The notes beneath the pieces are model-generated. The model saw nothing but the letters and a program-made list of their open reading frames with translations. It was not told the DNA's origin and did no database searches. A stretch of 64,000 bases of DNA from an uncultured Bdellovibrionales bacterium (GTDB taxonomy: Bacteria > Bdellovibrionota_G > JALEGL01 > JAGRMV01). The DNA is taken from the NCBI GenBank assembly GCA_964497185.1, contig CAZCBX010000001.1, positions 5,333 through 69,332 of the forward strand, given 5' to 3'. Made by a program: the position numbers and the translations under genes. Shown here piece by piece: positions 1 to 9,871 of this stretch (its first letter is position 1; each line of letters begins with the position of its first letter).

Positions 1-25
1 AAAAATTTTATCTCTTGGAAACCCT

Positions 26-1117
26 TTAATTTATTGAGTTTTGGCTTATCGGCTCCCATATTATTTTGCCTGACACCGTGGTTGGACCAAAGACCGTGGC
101 GCCGATTTTTTCCAATGCATTTGTGATATTGGGATCACAGGTGGTCAACAAAGTTTGATACTGGTGGGCGTTGATTTTATCAAAAAGCTGTGCTCTTCGG
201 TGTTGATCCAACGTCATGCCAATGTCATCCAATAGAAACACGGGTTTTTTCTTGGTTTCGGTCATGGTGTAATCCAATTCGGACAATTTCAAGGCCAGCA
301 AGATGGAGGCTTTTTCCCCTTGGCTTGCATCTTTTTTGGCACCTTGACCTTCCAGCGCCAGCGCAAAGTCATCGCGTTGTGCGCCCAGAAGCACGCGCTT
401 GGCATAATATTCTCGGTCTTTGAGCGTGTCGGTCCACTGGTCGGCATCGCGTGCAATTTGGTAAGTTATGTCAATGCGCTGGGAGGTTTGAGCAATGCTT
501 TGATAGTGGTGGGCCAACATGGGGGCCATGGCTTGGATCATGGGCTGTCGCACCTGACGAATTTGGGCGGATAAAAGCTGTTGTTGTTCGGTCCACGGTT
601 CTGCACGGTCTAAATAAACGGCCTTGGGCAACTCTTGATTGAGCAACGCCTTTTTTTGAGCGGTTACTTTGTGCAAGTCTTTGCGCCACTGAAGATAGGG
701 GGGATGAACCAAGGTGGCAACGTGGTCCATCCATTGTTGGCGAACGGTTTTGCTGCCTTGAATCAACTGATCATGTTCAGGGGCCAGGGTGATCACGTGG
801 TATTGACCCACAAAATCACTTTGTTTGGCCACTTTGTCTTGGTTGATGGCAAAATCATTTTTTCTGGGAGCCATGGTTAAAGACAATTGTTGGTCGGCGG
901 TTTCGAGCACCATTTTTCCAGCGGGTTGTCCGTTTTGCACCAGATCCATCAAACGCGCTGTACGGTAAGATCGGGTCATGGAAAGGGTATGAACTGCTTC
1001 CAAAATGGTGGTTTTGCCCACCCCATTTCGGCCGGTTAGCACGTTCATGCCCGGTGCCAGTGTGATTTTGCCGTGTCGGTACGGCCGTATGCAGCGCAGG
1101 TCTACGCTATGAATCAT
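26..1117 (-). CDS. recF: DNA replication/repair protein RecF
   Basis: 363 aa ORF with N-terminal Walker A (GRNGVGKTTILEA); lies just downstream of dnaN in the conserved dnaA-dnaN-recF order. Confidence 0.88.
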   Translation of the reverse strand: MIHSVDLRCIRPYRHGKITLAPGMNVLTGRNGVGKTTILEAVHTLSMTRSYRTARLMDLVQNGQPAGKMVLETADQQLSLTMAPRKNDFAINQDKVAKQSDFVGQYHVITLAPEHDQLIQGSKTVRQQWMDHVATLVHPPYLQWRKDLHKVTAQKKALLNQELPKAVYLDRAEPWTEQQQLLSAQIRQVRQPMIQAMAPMLAHHYQSIAQTSQRIDITYQIARDADQWTDTLKDREYYAKRVLLGAQRDDFALALEGQGAKKDASQGEKASILLALKLSELDYTMTETKKKPVFLLDDIGMTLDQHRRAQLFDKINAHQYQTLLTTCDPNITNALEKIGATVFGPTTVSGKIIWEPISQNSIN

Positions 1118-1124
1118 ACGGTCG

Positions 1125-2249
1125 TCAAATTCTCATGGGCATGACCACACCAAAAAAACTTGGGTCATCTGGAATGCGAAACACGCCGGGGCTCTGTTCA
1201 TGATTGAGTTCCAACACGATCTCTTCGCTGTGCACGTTGGATAAAATGTCCATCACATACTTGGCATTGAACCCAATTTGCAATTGACCGCCGTCAAATT
1301 CGCCCAGCACTTCTTCTTCGGCCTCGCCCAACTCGGGTGAATTGGCTTTGAGTAAGACGCCTTTGCCATGAATGCCAAATTTGACACACTTGGACTTTCC
1401 TTCGGATAAAAGTGAAACCCGTTTGAGTGAATTGGTGAAAACCTGACGATCGATTTTAAGCCGTTTGTCGTTGTTTTTGGGAATAACGGCCGTGTAGTCT
1501 GGAAACTCGCCCACCACCAGTTTCATGGACAAAAACACATCCCCCACCATAAAGGCGGCTGTTCCTTGATCAACCGAAACGGAAAGTTCTTTGGCGGTGG
1601 TGTCTGCGATGATTTTTTTGATTTCCATAATGCCCTTGCGCGGCAAGATCACGCCTTTGCCCAGCTCTAGGGTTTCTTCTTCTTCAAGGGGAATGTGATA
1701 GTACGCCAAACGGTGGCCATCGGTGGAAACCATTTTAAAATTGCGCTTGCCCGATGGGCTGTCCTCGGTTTCAATCAAAGAGCCATTGAGGTTGTAGCGC
1801 ATTTCGTCGGTGCAAATGGCGTAGGATGTTTTGTCCATGGCGCCTTTGAACGTTTGTGTTTGAATTTTTTGAAAGGAGAAATCTTCTTGTTTGGCAATCT
1901 TGGGAAACTCTTCTCCCGACAACGCCGCGATTCGAAACTGCGCTTTGCCACTTGAAATTTTTACCCAGGATTGGTCTTCGGTTTCCATCGTGACTTCACT
2001 GCGGGGCAGCTCTTTCATGATGTTCATTAAATGTTGGCCTGGAATGCAGATTTGCCCTGGCTCAGAAACCGTGGCTTCTACTTTGGTGCGAATGCCAATT
2101 TCTAAATCGGTTGCGCTAAGGCTGACATGGTCTTGCTCTGCCACCCAAAGCACGTTGCCCAAGATGGGCATGGTGGTTTTCTTTTCAGCGACACCCACAC
2201 AGCGTTGTAAACTTTTTAACATGGTTTGTTTATCAAACTGAATTTTCAT
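1125..2249 (-). CDS. dnaN: DNA polymerase III beta sliding clamp
   Basis: 374 aa ORF of sliding-clamp length; three-domain clamp-like sequence; sits between dnaA and recF. Confidence 0.9.
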   Translation of the reverse strand: MKIQFDKQTMLKSLQRCVGVAEKKTTMPILGNVLWVAEQDHVSLSATDLEIGIRTKVEATVSEPGQICIPGQHLMNIMKELPRSEVTMETEDQSWVKISSGKAQFRIAALSGEEFPKIAKQEDFSFQKIQTQTFKGAMDKTSYAICTDEMRYNLNGSLIETEDSPSGKRNFKMVSTDGHRLAYYHIPLEEEETLELGKGVILPRKGIMEIKKIIADTTAKELSVSVDQGTAAFMVGDVFLSMKLVVGEFPDYTAVIPKNNDKRLKIDRQVFTNSLKRVSLLSEGKSKCVKFGIHGKGVLLKANSPELGEAEEEVLGEFDGGQLQIGFNAKYVMDILSNVHSEEIVLELNHEQSPGVFRIPDDPSFFGVVMPMRI

Positions 2250-2493
2250 GGGTGACCTCTTTGCTGGTGGCTAAAATTTTTATCAACAACCCCTATATAT
2301 TACATAAAGCTTTTATAAAATAGTAGTTGTAGTAGGGCGTGTGCATAACCCAAACACTTCCCTAAAGACGAATCCAGACAGTGGTTTCGTTTAAAATCGT
2401 CTTGTGTATAACTAGTGGTTTACCCACCGAAGATCAAGGGAAAAAAGCCAAGTTTTTTTGATTCAAACCCACATGTTTGCATGAAAAGCGAGT

Positions 2494-2502
2494 TTATCCA
2501 CA
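2494..2502. promoter_or_regulatory. DnaA box (TTATCCACA, perfect) in the dnaN-dnaA intergenic region
   Basis: Exact match to the 9-mer DnaA box consensus read directly from the sequence. Confidence 0.6.
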
Positions 2503-2583
2503 ATGGCCTGTGGACGCATGAAAAAACGCAGTCCATGGTTGGCTGACATGCCTTGAAAAATTGCAAAAAGGATAAGAAAAAAA

Positions 2584-3936
2584 CTAGGCGCTTGTGTCGC
2601 GCGCGATGTTTTGTTGCAAGGCTTCTACTGAGGATAAAAGCGCAGGGTCTTGGGTCAGCAATTTTTCAATTTTGCCCACACCGTGCATGATGGTGGTGTG
2701 GTCTTTGCCGCCAAACGCGCTTCCAATCTCAGGAAATGAAAGCTGGGTCAGTTTGCGCGCCAAATACATGGCAATCTGTCGCGGTTGAGACACAGTTTTG
2801 ACCCGCTTGGCCGATTTTAAATCACTGACCTTGATGTGATAAAAGGTCGCCACCCGTTTCATGATGTCTTCCACCGTGATTCTTTTTTCAACCGTGGTCA
2901 ATGTGGCCACCACAGACTGCGCCAATGGCAGTGTAATGGCGTGACCACGCAAAGAAGCCATGGCTCCCAAACGAATCAAGGAACCTTCCAAAATTCGAAT
3001 GTTGGATTCAATGTGTTTGGCCATAAACAAACAAACATCTTCAGGCAGATCAATTTGCTCCGAAACAGCTTTTTTCTGCAGAATGGCCACCCGCGTTTCA
3101 AAGTCGGGCCGTTGTATATCGCAGAACAATCCGGCCTGAAACCGAGACCGAAGTCGGTTGTCAAGCTCGGGTATGTCCGATGGCATGCGGTCGGAGGTTA
3201 GCACGATTTGCTTGCCCTCTTGTTGCAAGACATTGAAAGTATGGAAAAATTCTTCTTGGGTGCGTTCTTTGCCAGAAAAGAACTGAATGTCATCAATTAA
3301 CAGCACGTCACACGCGTTTCGATACGTGGTGCGAAACGAATCCATTTTTTGAAAGCGAATGCTTTCAATCAAATCATTCATAAACTGTTCAGAGGTTCGG
3401 TACACCACCCGTTTGTTGGCAAACCGTTGTTGAATTTGATTGCCAATGGCGTGAAGCAAGTGGGTTTTGCCCAGACCCACACCGCCATAAATAAGCAGTG
3501 GGTTGAATTTTTGGCCAGGTTCCCTGGACACTGCTTCCGATGCGGCGTGGGCCAGATGGTTGTTGCCCCCCACCACAAAAGCATCAAAGGTATAGGCTTG
3601 TTGAAACGTGCTGGGCGCCGGTGCATTGTTTTTTGGCTTTTCAGGCTGACGTTCCACGGGTTGGGGTGGAGATTGGACCGGTTTTCTTTTTTGTAGGGCC
3701 AAAGAAACTTTTACTTTTTGGCTGCCCACATGGGCTTGAACCGCTTCTTCTAAAAATGGAAGATAGAATTTTTTGATTTTATCCCGATAGACGCTATTGG
3801 GCACATGAAGGCAGACATTGCCATCTTCATCACTGGTGACTTCCAGTGGTTTAATCCATGTGTTGAAAACATGGGTCGAAAACTCATTTCGACAGCTTTC
3901 CAATGTTTGAGCCCAAAAATTCAAAGGTAAAACCAA
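2584..3936 (-). CDS. dnaA: Chromosomal replication initiator DnaA
   Basis: 450 aa ORF; AAA+ Walker A (GGVGLGKTHLLHAIG); C-terminal DNA-binding domain (SFPEIGSAFGGKDHTTIMHGVGKIEKL). Confidence 0.95.
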   Translation of the reverse strand: MVLPLNFWAQTLESCRNEFSTHVFNTWIKPLEVTSDEDGNVCLHVPNSVYRDKIKKFYLPFLEEAVQAHVGSQKVKVSLALQKRKPVQSPPQPVERQPEKPKNNAPAPSTFQQAYTFDAFVVGGNNHLAHAASEAVSREPGQKFNPLLIYGGVGLGKTHLLHAIGNQIQQRFANKRVVYRTSEQFMNDLIESIRFQKMDSFRTTYRNACDVLLIDDIQFFSGKERTQEEFFHTFNVLQQEGKQIVLTSDRMPSDIPELDNRLRSRFQAGLFCDIQRPDFETRVAILQKKAVSEQIDLPEDVCLFMAKHIESNIRILEGSLIRLGAMASLRGHAITLPLAQSVVATLTTVEKRITVEDIMKRVATFYHIKVSDLKSAKRVKTVSQPRQIAMYLARKLTQLSFPEIGSAFGGKDHTTIMHGVGKIEKLLTQDPALLSSVEALQQNIARDTSA

Positions 3937-4705
3937 CTTTCGTAAAAAAACAGTAAAGAGGTCTTAAAAAGAACAACGCATGTCCGTCAAGCAAGAAATC
4001 CAAAAATTTATTTTTGATGCCCATCTTTTTGCCTCTTGATCACTTGGAAAAAAAAACCGTTTGAAGAATTAAGGGTTTAGAAAAAATTTTTTTTAGGATT
4101 TGAAATAAATTTTTTTTTATGCCGACCCTGTTTCAAAACCAGAAAAACACCCTTTGAAAAAAGTTATCCACAAGTGCCTCTGAAAACCTTTATGGTTAAG
4201 GGTTTTAGAGAAACATATTTTTTTTATCCACAGGCGAGCCATTTCAATCATGCACTTGCACGAATGCAAGTAAAAAAATCGAAAACCACTTTTTGATAAT
4301 TCTTTGTTTTTATCCTGTGATTTTACCCACATTGATCAAGGCACGCATCTTGTGGTCGATCGGTGGGTCGGAGCCAAAACGTTTAAAATGTTTTTGGATG
4401 TTTATGAATGCAAATGCAAATCAAGTAAAGTTATGCAAACACCGTTTTTTTTAACCGGGTTGTTCAGTGTATGGTGATCAATGAGGTAAAATGGTCTAAA
4501 GGTGGTCAAAAACAGGTGAATTAAACAAAAAACACCAGTTGACTTAAAAGCCAAAATATGATGTAACATTGCGAATTGTTTTTAGATCTCAGGACGTAGG
4601 GCAACCACTCTCATTGCTATTTTCTCAGGTTTCCCCACGTCATAACAAGGCGGCCTGTCACCCCATGCAAGGTGATCATATAAAAAAGGCCCACAGGAAA
4701 ACATT
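3937..4705. other. Candidate oriC (dnaA-rpmH intergenic region)
   Basis: 769 bp non-coding; perfect DnaA boxes TTATCCACA at 4164-4172 and 4224-4232; A/T-only tracts at 4081-4130 (aaaaaattttttttaggatttgaaataaatttttttttat) could serve as a DNA unwinding element. Confidence 0.6.
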
Positions 4706-4855
4706 ATGAAAAGAACCTATCAACCCAGTAACACCAGCCGTCGTCGTTCTCACGGCTTTCGTAAACGTATGAGCACCAAAGCAGGTCGCGCTGTGATTAA
4801 CCGTCGTCGCGCCAAAGGCCGTAAACGCTTGGCTGTGAGCATCGCCTCGAAGTAA
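4706..4855 (+). CDS. rpmH: 50S ribosomal protein L34
   Basis: 49 aa [48 protein letters not shown]; below the ORF-track size cut-off so found by eye; immediately upstream of rnpA. Confidence 0.9.
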   Translation: MKRTYQPSNTSRRRSHGFRKRMSTKAGRAVINRRRAKGRKRLAVSIASK

Positions 4856-4884
4856 TTGTAGACCCCAACGCTGCTGTTATTATT

Positions 4885-5232
4885 TTGTCTTTGTCTCAGG
4901 CCTTTCCTGTGTCGGAGCGTGTACACCAACCCAAGCAGTTTCAAGCTTTTCGTGAAAAAGGCAAGAAACACCACAGCCGTACGTTCGTGTATGTGACGCT
5001 ACCCAACGATCTAACCCATCCACGCATGGGCTGCATTGTTACGAAAAAAACGGGCTCTGCGGTGGTGCGAAACCGATGGAAACGGTGGTTGCGAAACTTT
5101 TACCGTCAAAACAAAGCGTTGTATGCAGCTCAAACCGATCACTTGGTGATTGTTAAATCGGCCCATATGGGCCCGCCTGTTGCCAAACACACCCGTGAAT
5201 TGACCCATCTATTGGAGAAACACACCCCATGA
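4885..5232 (+). CDS. rnpA: Ribonuclease P protein component
   Basis: 115 aa basic protein in the conserved rpmH-rnpA-yidD-yidC arrangement. Confidence 0.85.
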   Translation: MSLSQAFPVSERVHQPKQFQAFREKGKKHHSRTFVYVTLPNDLTHPRMGCIVTKKTGSAVVRNRWKRWLRNFYRQNKALYAAQTDHLVIVKSAHMGPPVAKHTRELTHLLEKHTP

Positions 5233-5471
5233 AACATTTTCTTTTGTTCATGATTGGCGTTTATCAAAAAGCCCTCTCACCGCTTAAAGCGCAAAGCTCT
5301 TGCCGGTTTTACCCCAGTTGTTCTGCCTATGCTTCGGATGCGCTAAAAAAACATGGTTTGTTTCGGGCGTTGACAATGATTGGGCATCGTTTGGTTCGTT
5401 GTCATCCATTTCATCCGGGGGGTGTGGACCTTGTGCCATGTGCCTCTTCCAAGAAAGCAAATAGAGAATGA
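5229..5471 (+). CDS. yidD: Membrane protein insertion efficiency factor YidD
   Basis: 80 aa; conserved cysteine motif (CRFYPSCSAYA); 4-nt overlap with rnpA. Confidence 0.8.
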   Translation: MKHFLLFMIGVYQKALSPLKAQSSCRFYPSCSAYASDALKKHGLFRALTMIGHRLVRCHPFHPGGVDLVPCASSKKANRE

Positions 5472-7123
5472 ATGGTTCAAAAAATATGATCATGGCGCTG
5501 GGCGCCAGCTTTTTGTTTTTAATGTTTTGGTCCAACTACATTGCGCCAAAACCAGCGGTGGTTCCCATGGATGCGCCAGTGGAACAACAGCAACCCATTG
5601 AAAAATCTGCTTCCAGCCCTGGAGCTTCCGCGCCAACCCCCAACCCTTCACCCGACTCCCCCTCCCCTTCGGTTGAGCAAACAGAACAACCTGCACCCGA
5701 AACCGTACAAATTGATTTGCCCGCGATGGATGCGACTTTAACCAATGCCTATGGTGGCACGGTGTCGGTTCAGACGTTGCACACCTACAAAAAGTCTTTG
5801 GCGGATGGGGCACCCGGACAAACCGTCATTCCTTTTGCTTTGGAGGATCAACCACCGCTTGTGTGGATGTGGGAAGCCCAGAGCACCGATGGTCAATGGA
5901 CCAAGCAATGGAATGAGGCCGATGTTGTGGCCCAGTGGAGTCAAACCACGTCTCCTTACCGCTTTGCGTATCAACAGGGGCCGTTGCGCATTGAAAAACA
6001 GTACACCTTTTTAGAGGATTCCTATCAGTGGATGGTGCAGGTGGATGTGATCAATCAAGGCAATCAATCGTTGACCCTAAAAGGCCATCCCATGTTGGAC
6101 TCCACGCAAGATCCTACTACGCAAAACAAGGGTGGTTTTTTGTCCATGTTTCAGGCCAAAAAACAACCGGTCCGTGCCATTTCCTACATGCGAGAAGATG
6201 TGGAACGTTGGACGTTTGATGATTTGACCGAAGAGCCTGTGCATGAAGAAGGTGGCTTGATGGAATGGGCGGGTTTTAGCAATCAGTATTTTTTAATGGC
6301 TTTGCGCCCGGTTCAAAGCACCTGGGTATCCATTGACGGGACGGCCACTGAGGATCAGGCACGATTGACCATGGCTTATGCACCCCGCACATTGAACGCG
6401 GGTGGACGATTGTCGTATGGCCTGGCTTTGTATGCTGGCCCCAAAGACATTGATGTGTTGGAAGCGGTGACCCCGTCGATGAAGTACGCCATTGATTTGG
6501 GTGGCTGGCTCGGTGGCATCTCGCGGTTTATCCTACGTGCGCTTCGCGCTCTGTATGGTGTGCTTGGCAATTATGGGGTGGCGATTTTGGTGCTGACGGT
6601 GGTGGTGCGGTTGCTTCTGTTTCCTTTGGCGCATCGCCAAGCCAAATCCATGAAAAAAATGCAGCTGCATAAACCAGCCATGGATGCGCTTAAAGAAAAG
6701 CATGGCGATGATCGGGAAGCGTATTCGCGTGAACTGATGGGGTACATGCGCGAAAATAAAATCAACCCCGCTGGCGGGTGTTTGCCACTGTTGTTTCAAT
6801 TTCCGATTTTTATCGCGTTGTATCGTGTGCTTTACAACTCCATCGAGCTGCGCCATGCGCCTTTTGTGGGATGGATTCAAGATCTTTCCGCGCACGATCC
6901 TTATTTTGTTTTGCCGGTGTTGGTCGGCATCACGTTTTTCTTCCAGACACGGTTGAATCCCACTCCGGTGAGTGATCCAGCCCAACAAATGGTGATGAAA
7001 ATCATGCCGGTGTTATTTTCGGTGTTGATGATTTTCTTGCCGGCTGGATTAAATTTATACATTTTTGTTAGTACGCTTTGGGGAATCGCACAGCAGGCGT
7101 GGGTTCAAAAGGCCAAAGCTTAA
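5468..7123 (+). CDS. yidC: Membrane protein insertase YidC
   Basis: 551 aa; N-terminal TM helix, large periplasmic domain, conserved C-terminal 5-TM insertase core. Confidence 0.92.
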   Translation: MNGSKNMIMALGASFLFLMFWSNYIAPKPAVVPMDAPVEQQQPIEKSASSPGASAPTPNPSPDSPSPSVEQTEQPAPETVQIDLPAMDATLTNAYGGTVSVQTLHTYKKSLADGAPGQTVIPFALEDQPPLVWMWEAQSTDGQWTKQWNEADVVAQWSQTTSPYRFAYQQGPLRIEKQYTFLEDSYQWMVQVDVINQGNQSLTLKGHPMLDSTQDPTTQNKGGFLSMFQAKKQPVRAISYMREDVERWTFDDLTEEPVHEEGGLMEWAGFSNQYFLMALRPVQSTWVSIDGTATEDQARLTMAYAPRTLNAGGRLSYGLALYAGPKDIDVLEAVTPSMKYAIDLGGWLGGISRFILRALRALYGVLGNYGVAILVLTVVVRLLLFPLAHRQAKSMKKMQLHKPAMDALKEKHGDDREAYSRELMGYMRENKINPAGGCLPLLFQFPIFIALYRVLYNSIELRHAPFVGWIQDLSAHDPYFVLPVLVGITFFFQTRLNPTPVSDPAQQMVMKIMPVLFSVLMIFLPAGLNLYIFVSTLWGIAQQAWVQKAKA

Positions 7124-7144
7124 AAAAAGAAAGAGGACAATATC

Positions 7145-8344
7145 ATGGGTATTTTTAATATCTTTAAAGGATCCGACAAAAAAGGTGGTAAAGGGCATCA
7201 AACCAAAGCCAATTTTATTGATGATGAATGGGTCGAAGTTTCAGCTGCTAGCCGTGAAGAGGCTGTTGAACGTGCATGCACGGCGCTTAATGCAACCGAA
7301 TCTCATTTGGAAATCAAATGGTTGAGCAAGGACGGAAAAAAACTCCGCGCACGCAAAGGCTCAGGCCAAAGCCAGAGCAAAGCTGCGTCGGGTGGTGAGA
7401 AAAAAACGGGCAACCGCAAACGCAAAAACAGCCCCAAGAAACAAACCCAAGGCGGACGCCGTGGCAACAAGCGCAATGAGCGTGACGATGACCGTGATGG
7501 TAATTCTCGCGGCGGTGCTCGCAAAGCGCGCGGCTCGCAAAACAAAAACAATTCGAAACAGAGTTCATCGCGTGATGCGCAAAACCGCAGAGATGAATAC
7601 GATGATGCCGATGATTTCAATGACAATCAAGACAACGATTACCGTGATGACGATCGCCATGATTCGCGACGGGATGAAGGCTATGAAAGCAAAGATTCCG
7701 TTCGTGACGATCATGAAGTGTTTGAGGAAGAGTTTGAAGAGGAAACCAATCTTGGTTTGGATGCGCGTGATTTCTTGACCAAACTGGTTCAGTTTATTGA
7801 TCAACCTGCCACGGTAGAGTTGTACGAAACCAATAAAACCATTCGTTTGGAAATTGAAAGTGAAGAGTCAGGTTTGTTTATTGGCAAACATGGTCAAACG
7901 TTGGATTCCATTCAGCATGTGATGATGAAAATCTTCAAAGAAGACGACAATCCCAAATTTATGGTGGTGGACGCGGAAGATTACCGTGTGCGTCGGGAAG
8001 AAAATTTGGAAAACAAAGCCCGCAAATTGGCCAAAAAGGCCCGCAAAGAGCGTCGGCCCGTGGGTGTAGAGCCCATGAATGCCATTGATCGTCGCATTGT
8101 TCACATGGCCCTGCGTGGTGAGCCTGGTGTGGAAACCAAAAGCATTGGCGAAGGCTCTAGCCGTCGCGTATTGATTGTGCCCAAAGGCATGGATCAACGT
8201 CGCGGTGGTCGGGGTGGTGGACGCCATCAGGGACGCCGAGGCAATGGTGACCGTGATGGCAACCAAGCGCCACGACGTGAAAAAGAATATGAAGGTCCTT
8301 CCCGTGGCGGCAACGATCGCGGGTACGATGATTATGATTATTAA
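7145..8344 (+). CDS. jag: Jag/KhpB-like RNA-binding protein (KH + R3H) with long charged low-complexity insert and RGG-rich tail
   Basis: C-terminal KH (LFIGKHGQTLDSIQHV) and R3H (IDRRIVHMALRGEPGVETKSIGEG) modules; position after yidC; ~190 aa Arg/Asp/Asn/Lys-rich internal region. Confidence 0.72.
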   Translation: MGIFNIFKGSDKKGGKGHQTKANFIDDEWVEVSAASREEAVERACTALNATESHLEIKWLSKDGKKLRARKGSGQSQSKAASGGEKKTGNRKRKNSPKKQTQGGRRGNKRNERDDDRDGNSRGGARKARGSQNKNNSKQSSSRDAQNRRDEYDDADDFNDNQDNDYRDDDRHDSRRDEGYESKDSVRDDHEVFEEEFEEETNLGLDARDFLTKLVQFIDQPATVELYETNKTIRLEIESEESGLFIGKHGQTLDSIQHVMMKIFKEDDNPKFMVVDAEDYRVRREENLENKARKLAKKARKERRPVGVEPMNAIDRRIVHMALRGEPGVETKSIGEGSSRRVLIVPKGMDQRRGGRGGGRHQGRRGNGDRDGNQAPRREKEYEGPSRGGNDRGYDDYDY

Positions 8345-8353
8345 CGTTTTGAG

Positions 8354-9745
8354 TTGGGGGCGCCTTTGAGTTCGCTTCCAAGTTTGGACGACACCATTGT
8401 TGCGATTGCCACGCCACCCGGTCAAGGTGGCGTGGGCATCATCCGCTTATCTGGCCCGTGCGCTCTAACGATCGCACAGGCCATTTTTTTTCCTAAACAA
8501 GCTTCGGCGCCGTGGACACCGGCTTTCATGTTGTACGGTGATGTACGACAAGACAATGAAGTGTTGGACGATGGGTTGGCGGTGTATTTTCAAAACCCAC
8601 ATTCCTTTACGGGTCAAGATGTAGTTGAGCTACAGCTGCACGGCAGTCCGTATGTTTTGTCCAAAGTGGTGGGCCTGTGTCAGACCCATGGTGCGCGGTT
8701 GGCGCAGCCGGGAGAGTTTACGCAGCGTGCATTTCTTTTGGGAAAAATGGATTTGCTTCAAGCCGAAGCGGTTTCCGAATTAATTCATGCCCAATCGGAA
8801 GAAGAAGCCAGACGAAGTCGCATGCGCCTGGATGGCAAACTTTCGGATCATGTTGAACAACTGCGCGCATCGGTGATTGATGTGTTGGCACAACTGGAAG
8901 CCGATGTGGATTTTCCAGAGGAAGTGCTGCCCATCGAACAACAAACGGTCACCTTGCAAAAAATTAAGACCATTGAAGAAAAAGCGTTGGCGCTGCTGGA
9001 GACGTACCAAGCCAATGCACAAGTGCGCGATGGCGTACGCATTGCGCTGATGGGCGCACCCAATGTGGGAAAATCTTCCTTCTTTAATCAAGTTTTGGGT
9101 CAAGACCGCGCCATTGTCACCGATCAAGCTGGCACGACCCGCGACGTGTTGCGTGAAGAAGTGCATCGTCTGGGGCGTCGCATTCATTTTATTGATACAG
9201 CTGGTTTGCGCGAAAACACCGAAGATTTGATTGAAAAAGAAGGTATGACGCGTGCGCGTCATGAGGTGCTGCAAGCCGACAAAGTTTGTCTGTTGGTGAG
9301 CCACGGTGAACCCAGCACCCCCTATATGCAAGAACTTTTTGAACAAGTGCCGGTTGAGCGTCGTTGGATCATCGCCACCAAAGCGGATTTGACGCCGATG
9401 GACGAAAAAGCCATAAAATGGCCCAGAGAGCGGTTTTTTTCGGTTTCCAATAGCACGGGTAAGGGTTTTTCGGAATTTTGGACGGCATTGGATGACTACC
9501 TTGAAGCCATGCCCATGCAAGCTTGGGGTGGGGGAATTTCAAATGATCGGCAAAAAGAGCGTTTGCTTCAAGTGGTGGAGGCATGCAAACAAGCGCATCG
9601 GGCCTTGTCCAATCAAACTTCTCCCGATTTGGTGGCTTTTGAGTGCCGTCAGATTTATCGCGCGGTCAGCGAAATGTTGGGGTTGGAAGCCGATTTTGAA
9701 GATGTGTTTGATCAAATATTTTCGACTTTTTGCATCGGCAAATAA
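8354..9745 (+). CDS. mnmE: tRNA modification GTPase MnmE
   Basis: 463 aa; G-domain motifs (GAPNVGKSS, DTAG); C-terminal CIGK tetrapeptide. Confidence 0.92.
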   Translation: MGAPLSSLPSLDDTIVAIATPPGQGGVGIIRLSGPCALTIAQAIFFPKQASAPWTPAFMLYGDVRQDNEVLDDGLAVYFQNPHSFTGQDVVELQLHGSPYVLSKVVGLCQTHGARLAQPGEFTQRAFLLGKMDLLQAEAVSELIHAQSEEEARRSRMRLDGKLSDHVEQLRASVIDVLAQLEADVDFPEEVLPIEQQTVTLQKIKTIEEKALALLETYQANAQVRDGVRIALMGAPNVGKSSFFNQVLGQDRAIVTDQAGTTRDVLREEVHRLGRRIHFIDTAGLRENTEDLIEKEGMTRARHEVLQADKVCLLVSHGEPSTPYMQELFEQVPVERRWIIATKADLTPMDEKAIKWPRERFFSVSNSTGKGFSEFWTALDDYLEAMPMQAWGGGISNDRQKERLLQVVEACKQAHRALSNQTSPDLVAFECRQIYRAVSEMLGLEADFEDVFDQIFSTFCIGK

Positions 9746-9764
9746 GCTTTTCAAGATAGCCCAA

Positions 9765-9780
9765 CGTTCCACGTGGAACA
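9765..9780. other. parS centromere-like site (cGTTCCACGTGGAACA)
   Basis: 15/16 match to the symmetric parS variant; one of four copies within 1 kb upstream of mnmG-parAB. Confidence 0.65.
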
Positions 9781-9871
9781 TGATGCCATCCTTTGATCAA
9801 CCCGACGGCCATCCCAATCCAACACCGATATTTCAAAAATATTCCTAGGCAAGCGTGGCAATCCAGGCATA

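Noticed and set aside
7392-8425. Overlapping ORFs 7392-7778 (+), 7565-7804 (-) and 7868-8425 (-) across the jag gene
   Set aside because: These are artefacts of the low-complexity repetitive coding region of jag. Stop-free alternative frames are expected in such DNA.
8780-9520. 246-aa minus-strand ORF inside mnmE. Similar long antisense ORFs occur at 14389-15087, 16045-16746, 17062-17574, 23224-24000, 27317-28156 and 30351-31541.
   Set aside because: These are antisense shadows of well-supported genes. They have odd composition (His/Gly/Arg-rich) and no motifs.
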